A stretch of DNA of 50,000 nt from Chiloscyllium plagiosum (Eukaryota): positions 1 to 50,000 of the forward strand of contig NW_025214730.1 in assembly GCF_004010195.1 (NCBI RefSeq), read 5' to 3'. A model generated the notes under the pieces. That model did not search any database. It saw nothing but the letters and a program-made list of their open reading frames with translations, and was not told where the DNA came from. Positions 36,236 to 48,553 of this stretch are shown here, piece by piece. Position 1 is the stretch's first letter. Every line of letters starts with the position of its first letter. A program made the translations under genes and the position numbers.

Positions 36236-37773
36236 CTGTATATACTCAAGGAAATCTTGATCCCATGTAAAAGTCAAAGCACTATTCTTGGCCAAAAAAT
36301 CTAGAATTTTCCATATATCTCGTGTAAAAGTCGACCCTAGTTCTTCACATAATTCATACCGACATTAGGCTTCGGATTTCTTAAGTTCATCATTGAGCAA
36401 ACACTATAATTAGTATTCACTTTTTGTACGGCTGTTCTGCTCTGCTCGAGAGCTCTGTTCTGCTAGCCGTCCCACTCTGTTCTGGAACTCTGTTCTGCCA
36501 ACAGTTCCCGCTCAGTTTCAGGATTCTAGTCTGCCAGCTGTTCGCGCTTCATTCCGGGATTCCAGCTTGCTGGCCATTCCTGCTCCGCTCCAGGATTCCA
36601 GTCTGCCAGCCATTCCTGCTCCATTCTGGGATTCTAGTCTGCCAGTTATTCCCGTTCCATTCCGGGATTCCAGTCTGCCGGTCATCCTGCTCCATTCTGG
36701 ATTCCATTCTGCCAGCCATCCCGCGCCGCTCCGGGACTCTGTTCTGCTGGCCGTTCCTGCTCTGTTCTGGGATTCCAGTCGCCGGCCGTCCTGCTGCACT
36801 CCAGGACTCCGGTCTGTTGGCCATCCCTCTCTATTCTGCCAGCCGTTCCACTCCTTTCCGGGACTCCAGTCTTCTGGCCGTACCACTCTGTTCCTGCATT
36901 CCAGTCTGCCAGCCGTGCAGCTCCGATCTGGGATTCCAGTTTGCCGGCCGTCTGGCACCGTTCGGGGATTCCAGCCTGCCGACCGTCCAGCTCCGGTCTG
37001 GGATTCCAGTCTGCCGGCCGTCTGGCACCGTTCTGGGATTCCAGTCTGCCGGCCGTCCAGCTCCGGTCTGGAATTCCAGTCTGCCGGCTGTCCAGCTCCG
37101 GTCTAGGATTCCAGTCTGCCGGCCGTCCAGCTCCGATCTGGGATTCCAGTCTGCCGGCCATCCAGCTCCGGTCTGGGATTCCAGTCTGCCGGCCGTCCAG
37201 CTCCGGTCTGGGATTCCAGTCTGCCGGCCGTCCTCCTGCGGTCTGAGATTCTAGTCTGCCGGCCGTCCTGCTCCGGTCTGGGATTCCAGTCTGCTGGCCG
37301 TCCTGCTCCAGTCCTGGATTCCAGTCTGCCGGCCGTCCTGCTCCAGTCTGGGATTCCAGTCTGCCGGCCGTCCTGCTCCGGTCTGGGATTCCAGTCTGCC
37401 GGCCATCCTGCTCCAGTCTGGGATTCCAGTCTGCCGGCCGTCCAGCTCCAATCTGGGATTCCAGTCTGCCGGCCATCCTGCTCTGGTCTGGGATTCCATT
37501 CTAGCCTTCAGCTGCACCGATGATGTCATTGTCGCTCCAAGGTTTATCACTAATTCATTTTATCTTCTATTTTCGTTATTCGATAATTACTGTAATTCAT
37601 TGTGTCTTTTTCTTTATTCGTTTCAAGATCAACTGGGCTTCTAATGATACAGTATGAATTTTGACGGGCATGAATTTCAGCCCATCAAAAGTAGTATCCA
37701 TCTAATAGTCGATCCCATAAATTTAACCTTAAAACATATTCAAAAAAAATTCAACTCTTATGCGTATATATGG
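36236..37773. mobile_element. Non-autonomous pogo/Tc1-type element carrying an internal minisatellite
   Basis: ta|CTGTATATACTC ... GCGTATATATGG|ta ends; subterminal tgtaaaagtc(g)a repeats at ~36266 and ~36323. Confidence 0.6.
36430..37500. repeat. GC-rich 35-bp minisatellite, about 30 copies
   Basis: Unit ccagtctgccggccgtcc(a/t)gctccggtctgggatt; period 35 (e.g. 37076, 37111, 37146); degenerate at the left, homogeneous at the right. Confidence 0.95.
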
Positions 37774-39439
37774 TATATTGAATCTCTTCATTAAACAATC
37801 CTGCTATCCCAAGGATTAATCTGCTGACCCTTTGTAGCACTCCCTCTATGCCAAGTATGTTCCTCCTTAGAGACCCAAACTGCACATGATACTTCCCAGG
37901 AAAACAATGTCCCCAGAACAGTAAAAACAAAATACTATGAATGCTCATGGTCTGGTTTGAAGTAAAAATGTCCTAGAATATATACTCTAATTTAAGTTCG
38001 TATGGTGGAATACTTGTGAGACACAAGAGTGTATGTAGTCCAAACTAACCTTTGGATAAAGGTGACTACTATCTATTTACATAATAAATTGAGGGAGATA
38101 AATATCTAGAATGTTTCTATTATCATTACTATTAACTGTAACCTCAGTTGTACAGGACTAATGCCATAATGCTGAATGACATATGATGTACAATCATACA
38201 TTGTAAGATTCAGTACAAATGTATAAAATGGCTTTATCAGACAGTGTAATTTCACTGTTAACAACAAGTGTTTAAAGGGTTTGGGCTACTTCCTTGTATC
38301 ACTGATTCATTGCACAGATTGCTGTTGAAACAGATAGTCTCTATCTGGCAATTTGTTTTTAAAACAGAGCCTATTCTTGATCTGTAGATAAGTTATAAAT
38401 ATCTTATGATTCACTCTTGTTTCTGAACTAATAATTGAGACCGATTGCATCTCATTTAGGCTGTTGCAAATAATGTCTGTCTTCCTTTTGCAAGAAACAG
38501 CTTGACTACATAGATATTGGGAATGTGCTACACAGTGAATAACCACTTCTGTACAAGCACTATTCCCTTTTAGAGAAACCCAGGTATGGTAGCATCTGTG
38601 AAGAGAAAACAGCGTTAACCTTTAAGTCCAGGGGCATTGTTCGGAACTGATAGCATCTGGGAATAAAAATGGTATTTATCTTGATGATAAGGGTAGGGCA
38701 TGGGAAAAGGAGTGCTCTGACAGGTGGAGGCAGGGCCCAGAGAGAGAGAGAGAGAAAGAAAGGAATTATTGGTAGAAAGCTATGGAAGAAGAGAAACTAT
38801 ATAGGTAATAATGAGCACTATGAATGAAAATAAGTTAGTTGTGCTGAAAGCATCCATTGTTCTTAATTTTATTCCCTTTTAGATGCATGTTTGCTTAGCT
38901 GTGTAGCAATTTTAAAGTGAACATGCAGTTCAGTAAGCATTGCAGCTTTAATGTCATTTAAAGGTGACCTCAGAACTTCAAATTGGCATCTGAGACTTGT
39001 AAACATTTCAGTCATGTTACACCAGGTATTACAGATGTGTGCACACATTGGGCAGCCACCAGGTGTATCTAGAGCAAGCAGACTTTGGATTTTTTCATTA
39101 GACTTTAGTCAGCATCCCAAGCTATTTTGGGTCTCTACAGTGCAGCTACTATCCTCTGTTAACCTCACTAACTGAACATGCATTCAGCAGCTTGAAGGAA
39201 GACCCCTTCCATCAGTGCTATTTAAAGGGTACACCCATTTCTTACAAATTGAGTCCTGTTGTTTGGACTCTACAAATCTTCAATTCCATGTACAAGTCCG
39301 TGAAGTCATAAAAATCTATAAGGAGTGAGGTGGCAGCAGCTGAGTGAGTTTTCACTGACTTCAAAACTTCTGAATAAATCAGTTGCCTCCATATATGTGC
39401 AAGGCAGAATTGCTCTGGAATGCAGCATGACATGGAGAA

Positions 39440-40100
39440 TAACAAAGGCCATACAAAGCAGGGAAGGATGGAAGAGGAGAAGGACAGAAGGACTTTAGCA
39501 AGAGGCTTTATGCACTCAGGATGACTGGGGAGTATTTCTCTTGCACCTTAGCAAGAAAAGTATATGTGGGGCATCTGCGCTTCAGTAAGAATATTTTCAC
39601 TGAAATCTAACCTGTTAAGGCCACAATTGCAGTCTTTGAATATAACAAGGACCACATTGCCAGTGGTTGGCAAGATGACAGTGACGGTACCGAAACCAGA
39701 TACACAAAATTCAGTCACACCACCCTGTTCAAGCAACATATGTGAACCCTGGATCAGAACATCTAACTGGTGTGTGATGATCCACAACAAATACTCAGGT
39801 CAGTGCCAGATATACTGGCAGCATTGATGGTGGATTCCTCATGTGGCATTCTCCTATGTCAGTTGCATTTGAACATGACGGCAAACCAAAGTGTGGTCAC
39901 TAGACAATAAGATCCTTCTGATGACCACATACTGAAGACTTTGGTAGTCACACTGCCACTTGTACTGTAGATAGAGCAGAGCATTGGTGGAATGAAATGC
40001 TGAACAAAAATTGCCTGAACTGCTCTGGTGCAGTATTTGGCAGAATGTATGTCATGATCTGTCATAATCTGCTGCATGCTCCTCACCATAATGAAGGAAT
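39440..40100 (+). mobile_element. Fossil PIF/Harbinger (HARBI1-like) transposase fragments
   Basis: Collinear motifs in shifting frames: TTLPVVGKMTV (39651), VSARYTGSIDGGFL (39799; cf. ARYPGSxHD), IEQSIG (39971), CLNCSG (40012; cf. RCLDxSGG), IICCML (40064; cf. CCxLHN). Confidence 0.55.
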
Positions 40101-40422
40101 AGCCCTTTCCATCAATTATGTGATGAGGAGCGGTTTGTTTTCAAAAACTCTGAGTCTGATTCTAGGAAGCACAACAATAAGTTATATTTATAAAACAGTT
40201 TTAACATAATGTAACATCTCTATGCAGTAATAATCTAAACCAAAATTTGTCCCTAAATCACATACAAAAATCTTAGGGAAGATGATTAAGCGCTTCGTCA
40301 AAGAGAGAGGTTTTAACAAACAGCTTAAAAATGGAAAGAGAGGCTTAGAAAAGGAATCTGTAATGCTTAAAAAATTAACAACTGACAAACTGCACAATCA
40401 GCCATGAAGTCAAAAGGTCAAA

Positions 40423-40738
40423 GGCGACATGGTGGCTCAGTGGTTAGTACTGCAGTCTCGCAGCGCCAGGGACTCAGGTTCGATTCCAGCTGTGTGGAGT
40501 TTGCACATTCTCCCTGTGTCTGTGTGGATTTCCTCCAGGTTCTCTGGTTTCCTCCCACAATCCAAAGATGTGCAGGTTAGGTGAACTGGCCATGCTAAAT
40601 TGCCCATAGTGTTCAGGGGTGTGTAGGTTAGGTGCATTAGTCATGGGGAAATGTAGAGTGGGTCTGGGTGGGTTACCTTTCAGAGGGTCGGTGTGGACTT
40701 AAGGGGCCGAAGGGCCTGTTTCCATACTGTATCAATTC
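40423..40738 (+). mobile_element. HE1-like tRNA SINE
   Basis: ggcgacatggtggctcagtggttag...caggttcgattcc A/B boxes; core tgtgtggagtttgcacattctccc; tail gggccgaagggcctgtttcca. Confidence 0.85.
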
Positions 40739-42391
40739 TATGAAAAGTTAAGAGGAGCTTTGATATCTTGGAGGATGCTGCTGTCGAAAATGCTGATAGT
40801 CCACTGCTGCTGGTATAGTTTGGGCACGGACCATCATGTGTTTTCTGAAAGCAGTACGTTGTCATCTGAGGCCAATGGAGATAAAGTGATACAACGAAAA
40901 AGTACGACACAATTAATTTTGGATTGCAATAACAAGAATGTAGTTATAAAGGGCCAAATGGACTCCACCTTAAAATAAGTCTCTGATTTTGTACAGTCCT
41001 TGCCCTTTAGTACATTCTGTTTGTATCCTCAGCTTTAAAATTTGCAACAGATAAAAATAAGATATACAGTATAAAGGAATAAATTAAGCTATCATGACAA
41101 TTAGTCCTCAGAATAGTAGTGAAAATCACAAATACTAAGCTATGAGATGATTCATTCAATTACCTTCTATTCTCCTATTATATCATACATGACATGGTTA
41201 CCACCCTTTTCAGAAATCCTGTACTTCTGAAAGTGTTAAACAGAATCTGCTGATATTACTAATCAATGAACCAGTGTGTTATACTCATCTGACTTCACTG
41301 GCTTTGGTTGTAGTCCCTTGAATAAAAATATTATATCAAGAATTTACAACTACTTGTGCTAAAGTAAAGCTGTATCTGTATAAATCTATATGTCTCCTCA
41401 ATTAAGAAGCAGCTCAAGCTCAATGTGTCTCAGCCAGGGATCTTTACAGATGATGTAACCAATTGTGAATTGAAAGCCAGAAGCTCCCTCAATATTTCAA
41501 AATTGTGCCGTTGTAATGAAGTACTGCACCATCTACATGCACAAGATGCCCCTTTTCAGTATATCATGATGTATATTGTGCTACAGAAAACATGAGAAAC
41601 AAAATTGCAGAATTCATGCAGTTTTCATAATGGAACACAACATCCCATACGTGTTGGGCAACATCAAAGGTACATGTAGATCAACACTTCAGGTCCTGTG
41701 AGGGATCTTGACTCCCTACAATTCTTTACATAAACAAGCATGGAGATATTGCATATATGTCACTGATAGCATCAGCCCAACGTTAGCATGATAAACATAT
41801 CCCACCTTTATACTTATTGTTTCTCTTTTATTCTTATAACCTGGCAACATGAAGGAGATATAATTATTTTTTCTAATCATACTGCCATTCTATTCTTGCT
41901 GCATTTTTCTAGTTTTAATTCTGAGAAATTCAAACTGCTGGAACAGTAGAACCTTCTCAGATACCTATAAAAATAGCGCCAGTTGCAATGCTAAATGACT
42001 GCTGTCAAGTTTGGTTTTGTAGATGTGATTCTGTGCTGTTATAAATATGCTTTTGCAAAAGATTTGGGAGTTGGCATTTCAGTATCATTTCACAAAACTG
42101 TTTGAAGAAGTAGTTCTCTAAATTAAATATATGCTATTATGTAGCGTTAAGAGTTCCTACTGAGCAGTTAAAACTCCTCACTGTTCAGTCACAGCAACTT
42201 TGTTGTACTGCTCTGATGAGTATTTGATCACCTCATTTGAAATATTAATAGATAATAACATACTTTGACAAATGCCTATTGCTACAACATTCAAATTTTA
42301 ATAAGTTTTGTTCTTCACAATGTATTCCTCATAAAGTTATATTTTCTTTTTTCAAGGAAATAAACCAATTTTTTTAAACATTTGAGAGATC

Positions 42392-42524
42392 ATGGAGGAG
42401 AAGAGAGCTGCTTCTGTAGATTTCGTCAAGGATTTCCAGGAGTATCTCACTCAACAAACCCAACATGTGAACATGATATCTGGCTCTGTTGGTGTGGAGA
42501 AGGACCCAGAATCTCTACAAACTG
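42392..42524 (+). CDS. IKZF5: IKZF5/Pegasus copy B, coding exon 1 (exon begins ~42357)
   Basis: Acceptor ttttcttttttcaag at 42356; ATG in atcATGg context; MEEKRAASVDFVKDFQEYLTQQTQHVNMISGSVGVEKDPESLQT; donor G|gtaagg; 133 nt, same as copy A. Confidence 0.95.
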
Positions 42525-44004
42525 GTAAGGACATTTTTGTCTGCAAAAATTATGTTTTGTGCATAGTGAATACTGGCATGCTACTCTGAGGCTAACTTGT
42601 CCACTATGGTTACTTAGATTCATAGAAAGAGGAAGTCCCGAATCAGGACTGACAAATTAAAATCTCCACTTGACCGAATTAAATGTCTGTCTTGAGGGGC
42701 CGAAGCAAGGAGGGTTAATATTGGCTGAAAATGTTTTCTTTTCAATAAACTAAATGCTTTCTGAACAAAAATGTTGCAAACCAGCCAGTGATGTACAATA
42801 GATTATAAATTGTATATTTAAAAATGTATCTGGTTATATGAAAGTTTATTGTAAAAGCAGGCAAAAAGTAATCTGAAGATTTCAATGCCATTGGTCAATG
42901 ATCTTTTCAATAAATTTATTCATTAACAACATTGTTAATGGTTGTATTTTAATGTCAGAGGGTGGCATGTGAATGGAATGACTGTCAGAGGAAGCTGGTA
43001 CAATTGCAACTTTTAAAACGCATTGGATGGATATATGAATAGAAAGGGTTTTCATTGATCATTTGCAGCACTTTTTCCCCAGTGTGTTATTCCCTAATTT
43101 GACCACTCTCTTTCCTGTTATCACTCCATACACCTGTTTCTCAACTCTGACCAATTCATTCTCCTACATTGCATTTTTCTTTAACTTCTTGCAGTTGTTT
43201 TTCTAATTTATTAAGAAATCCTAGCAGACAAACTTCAAAATCTTTATTCAACTAGTTCATGTAATGTATTTAATGTACACCTGTTGTAGCTGTTGTTTTC
43301 ATCCTTCCTCATGTTAGTAGTTGAGCTTTTAACAAAAACAACGCCAGGTGAATTCTGAAGCCAAATCATTATGTCGCTGTGTGATTCTTCTCAGGTTAAA
43401 TAGACAAGAGTTTCTCCATTTGAATCTGTTTTTTCAAAGTATTAAAAGATGCCTCTTTGAGGAAGATATGGAAAAGATGAATTTGAGGGCAATGCAAACT
43501 ATCCTGGGATGCAGGAAAAGGGCAACAATAGATCAAAGTGTTATAGATGAAGTGGACGATCATAGAATAAGTGGTGGTTAAGTTGTGGAGGGATGGAAAG
43601 ATAAAGGGCCAGGGAATAAATTGTATATGAAAATGTGAGCATGGATAATTGTGGGTCAAGGGGAGAAAGGGAAGGTTTGGGAAAGAAAGTTACAAGAGCC
43701 TCATTTTTCCTGTAATTATTTAAAGGCTTTTGATGCATTATCCCACTACACCACTCCATGCCACCCACTTCTAGAAAGGAACAAGAAATTAAAGTGAGAA
43801 ACAAAAAGTGTTAAGGAGAAAGAAACAGAAGTGAAAAAGATAGACAAGGAGACAACTGACAATGAAAACAAAACAGATCTTGGTAAAAGATAGGTTCTGT
43901 TTTATTATATAGACTACCATAGGAGATTTGGTATATGGGTGATATGTTTTGTTGGAATCTGCTGTCTAAACTAATTTTATATTATTAGCCTTACCTCAGT
44001 AGAG

Positions 44005-44900
44005 TCTTGAGATGCACAACACGGAAACAGACCATTCGGTTCAACCCATCCATACCGACCAGATATCCCACCTGCCAGTACCCAGTCCATAACCCTCCAA
44101 ACCCCTTCCTATTCATATACCCATCCAGATACCTTTTAAATGTTGCAATCGTACTATTCATATACCCATCCAGATACCTTTTAAATGTTGCAATCGTACT
44201 AGCCTCTAGCACTTCCTCTGGTGGCTCATTCCATACACGTACCACCCTCTGGGCGAGAAACTTGCCCCTCCGGTCTCTTTTATCTTTCCCCTCTCACCCT
44301 AAACCTATGCCCTCTAGTTCTGGACTCCCCCACCCCAGGGAAGGTACTTTGTCTATTTATTCTATTCATGCTCTTCAATCCTAAGCCTCCGACTCTCCAG
44401 GGAAAACAGACCCAGCCTATTCAACCTCTCCCAATAGCTCAAATCCTCCAACCGTGGCAACATCCTTGTATATCTTTTCTTAACCTTTTCAAGTTTCACA
44501 ACATCCTTCCGATAGGAAGGAGACCAGATTTGCACGCAATATTCCAAAAGTGGCCTAACCAATGTCCTGTACAGCCGCAACATGATCTCCCAACTCCTGT
44601 ACTCAATACTCTGACCAATAAAGGAAACATACCAAATGCCTTCTTCACTATCCTATCTACCTGCGACTCCACTTTCAAGGAGCTATGAACCTGCACTCCA
44701 AGGTCTCTTTGTTCAGCAACACTCCCTAGGACCTTACCATTAATTGTATCAGTCCAGCTAAGATTTGCTTTCCCAAAATGCAGCACCTCACATTTATCTA
44801 AGTTAAACTCCATCTGCCACATCTCAGCCCATTGGCCCATCTGATCAAGATCACGTTGTAATCTTGAGGTAACCTTCTTCGCTGTCCACTACACCTCCAA
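44005..44900 (-). mobile_element. CR1-clade LINE 3' remnant in copy B intron
   Basis: ORFs WAEMWQMEFNLDKCEVLHFGK and LRLYRTLVRPLLEYCVQIWSPSYRKDVVKLE; internal 45-bp tandem duplication 44109-44198. Confidence 0.92.
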
Positions 44901-44964
44901 ATAATTATATTAGTCCCTCTGTATTACATCATGAACTTAAACCCCATTCCAGAATTAAGCCTAT

Positions 44965-45310
44965 TAATCAGTACCAATCCAGTATTGAGGAAGTGCTGCT
45001 GGGTCATTGGTGCCATCTTTCAGATGAAATATTAAACTAAAGGCTCATCTGTTCTTTCAGATGCCCATAAATTTTCTAGCACACTATTTAAGAGCAGAAC
45101 AGTTCCCTGGCTATCATGGTAATCTAGCCACCATTTCATTCCTCAAATAAGTTCACTAAGACAAATTAATTTCTGTTGGACCTTGCTGCACACAAATTGA
45201 CTTAGTTTTCTCTACATTATAACGATTACCATACTGTGAGTACTTAATTAGCTGAATTACTTTAGGATGTCCAGAGGTCAAGGAAGTTACAATATAAATT
45301 CAAGCTCCTT
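44965..45310 (+). mobile_element. Old DeuSINE-like (SacSINE/AmnSINE Deu-domain) remnant
   Basis: ggtgccatctttcagatgaaatattaaactaaaggctcatctg resembles the Deu-domain consensus as recalled; 3' end resembles a SINE tail (tataaattcaag). Confidence 0.45.
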
Positions 45311-45813
45311 CGTAAAGGGAAATCTTTTCATTAGAAATAAAAACTCTATTTATTTTATCATCTGTGGTTCCTGTGTTGTAATGGGACTTTACTCATTTCA
45401 GCTGTTACCTGTTTGTGTTAGCTGAATGCATATTGCAATGCTTGAGAATGTAAGACTTAGTCAGAAAACATTCAATAAAAATGAAATTTGACTTTAGCAC
45501 CTGTAAATCATTAATTTACATATTAATATTTATTACAAAATAGTAGATATTTTACTGTCAACAAGAATTACCACAGAAAATCAATGAATATTTGCAGAAA
45601 TACAAAACAACGTTTCAGAAATGTCTTTCATGCGGTAGTTTTTCTCTTAACATTTGCTATAAATGTAGAAAATGATCACAGAACTTTTTTATGAACGACA
45701 ATATATTTGTGTCACCTGTATTGTAAAATGATTTTCTTCTCTCATAGCTGTCTGTACTTCAGATTGCAGAGAATTTTTAATTCTTCCTATTTTTCTGGGA
45801 TTTATTACTGCAG

Positions 45814-45993
45814 GATCAGAAAATGATCAAAATGGAATGCATCATGCTTCAGTTGAAGTTTCATTGGATGATGGCTCTGGGCTTATGGCTGATGGGCTTG
45901 AAAGAACATATGATGGAAAACTAAAGTGCCGATACTGCAACTATGCTAGTAAAGGGACTGCACGTCTGATGGAGCATATCAGAATGCACACAG
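45814..45993 (+). CDS. IKZF5: IKZF5 copy B, coding exon 2 (ZF1)
   Basis: ctgcag|GA acceptor, ACAG|gtaaca donor; 180 nt; GSENDQNGMHHASVEVSLDDGSGLMADGLERTYDGKLKCRYCNYASKGTARLMEHIRMHT. Confidence 0.93.
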
Positions 45994-47621
45994 GTAACAA
46001 CTGTACATTGACTTCTACGTGATCTAAAATAGAAGTTATTATCAGATGTTTATTTCTATTCTAACTACCTAAAGGAGCAGTACTGTACAATAAGGTGAAA
46101 ACATACTAATTTAATGAACATGCTCAGTTACATAAAATCCAAATTTCTGGAATGTCAATTGACAATGAGGTAAACAACCTTTTGATTCATTTTGATGATT
46201 AGGTTGGTAGAGAGATGGTAGGTTGTATGATAGAGGACAAGCTCTTCTCTTGACAAATGTTGTTGTTTTAATGAAGAGAATAATTTATACAAAATTATTA
46301 AATTCTAACTGAGACCAAACTGGGGTATTTAGATAGCATTTAGCGTCCAGGTTGATATTAAGTTTGTGGTATTGATTATGAGTGTGACGTGTAAAACTAT
46401 TTCTTGACATAAATTGACTTAAATGGAGTCTCACCATCAAAGTCCCCTTAAACTACAGTTAATTTTTATTTTCTGCCATGTCGTATTGGATTACTTTGGT
46501 TAAAGTTGTGTTGCTAACTTCATTGTTGGAAGTAGTTTATGATCATTTGTTGTTTGGTATTGTAAGGCAGTTAATTTGACATTTGCTGATACATTAATTA
46601 ACTCAGTTTAGATCAATTAATGTTCCTGTTTTTATGGTATTAGTATTGATTCAGTTTCTCCACAAGGTTAGGTTCTGTCACTTAGGAACATAGACTTCTT
46701 GCAGGATTTCCCCAGCAACTATCGTTCTCCCTTTTTAAATACCAATTTTCTCAGAACAAATAAGCTAAAGGATGTTAAATTTGATCACAATTCTTTGTAA
46801 CAGTTTGATTTTTTTTAAAAGGAGTACCGATGGTGAGTCTCCCCAGTTTAAAGTGAAAAGGGCTTCGACTAACGAAAAAGCAGGTAAGGATCAATGTATT
46901 CAGTAACCATCTGGTTAAGCCTACGATAGCATAGTACAGTACTGCTCCTCTAAGTAGGATATATAAAGCTGTAAAATCAGCAGATAAAGGCTACAGTTCT
47001 TTCTTATAATTATGTTTGAGTTTTTTTTTGTAATTAGAGAATGGCACCCATAATATACAATGTGTTATGATTTGACAATGCAGGAACTGCTGTCACTTCT
47101 GATTTTCAAAATGCATCCTGTAAGAGGCAAGTTATTTTCTGTTGATTTTTCAATTGGAAACATATTTCATCTTCAACGTTTTTAATGAGATTTCATTCAA
47201 AAACAGATGGCAGATAACCAAGTAGCTAAGAAGCTGAGATAATTTCAAGTTACCTCATCATATTTCATGTTAGCTAAAATTCCAGCCCTTAATGTGATAG
47301 TGAGTAGGGTGCAAACATCCAACTGACACACATCCATCAGCTATATTGGTGGAGTTTCATCAGTTTGTAATTGACCCACTACAGAAAATAATCCACAAAT
47401 CTGAACTGCCTCACCATGAGGAAAGAAAAACAAAACTGTCCAGATTTCTTACATAGCAACTATGTTGACAACCAGATGGGATTGTTGACAATGATCTTAA
47501 GAGTTCCACCACTCTGTCGCACTCCTAGCTAAAGGAAAAGCTACTTGGTGGAGGAAAAATTAGAAAAATGCAAAAAGGGAGAAAAATGGCAAGGTTTGCT
47601 GATCTATTCTTTCTGATACAG

Positions 47622-48553
47622 GTGAGAAGCCCCACAGATGTCACCTATGCCCGTTTGCTTCAGCGTATGAGCGGCACCTCGAAGCACACATGCGCTCACA
47701 CACAGGTGAAAAACCGTACAAATGTGAGCTTTGCTCTTTCTGCTGCAGTGATCGAAGTAACCTGTCCCATCACCGTAGACGTAGGCACAAACTTCTTCCC
47801 TTGAAAGCTGCTAGGACCTGCCTGACCAATAAGAAAATGTTGGGCATTTTGCAGAAAAAAACTAACAACTCCCTGAGTTATGGGACAAGACTTCTGATTA
47901 ATCTAAGTCCTTCTTCCATGATGATACCGAAGCCAGATTACCTCAATGACTTTTCTCATGATATGTCAGCTAACTCCTATGAGGGTTTGCAAAAAGTACA
48001 GTCTGTTGGGATCTCAAGGGACATGCAAGATATTATGGTGGATAATCCATTAAACCAGCTTTCTACCTTAGCAGGCCAATTGTCCAGCATTCCACCTGAA
48101 AATCAAGCTCCAGCATCTCCTGAGGTGGTAGCCTGCAGGGATGAAAAACCATATGTGATTTCACAGTCTACAGCTCCAGTCGTTTCCACGGTAGCTTCCA
48201 GTGTCGCCCAAAGCTCATCTCCTATCAGTCCAGATGCATGTCCCATGCAAAATCAGCGGAACTTCAGTCCTGTGGCTGGCCCCAGTAGTGAGCATAGTGC
48301 TCATACAAGTACACCCAGCGTGACGAACAGCCAGCCTAGCACCCCTGCTCCTGCACTTCAGGTCCAGGATCCCCAACTTCTGCATCATTGCCAACACTGT
48401 GACATGTATTTTGCAGACAATATCCTTTACACTATTCATATGGGGTGCCATGGTTACAAGAACCCATTCCAATGTAACATATGTGGATGTAAATGTAGAG
48501 ACAAATATGACTTTGCTTGTCATTTTGCTCGGGGTCAACATAAGCAGAATTAA
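47622..48553 (+). CDS. IKZF5: IKZF5 copy B, last coding exon (ZF2, ZF3, linker, ZF4-5)
   Basis: gatacag|GT acceptor; open to TAA 48553; spliced CDS 133+180+932=1245 nt, 414 aa; all zinc ligands intact. Confidence 0.97.

Noticed and set aside
36424..37550. Long overlapping ORFs (up to 276 aa) on both strands; CRISPR-like periodicity
   Set aside because: Products of a stop-poor 35-bp tandem repeat; no unique spacers, no cas genes, eukaryotic context.
14033..48553. Duplicate IKZF5 as an uncollapsed haplotype or processed pseudogene
   Set aside because: Exons differ at many synonymous and non-synonymous sites, introns are unrelated in size and TE content, and both copies keep introns and intact frames.
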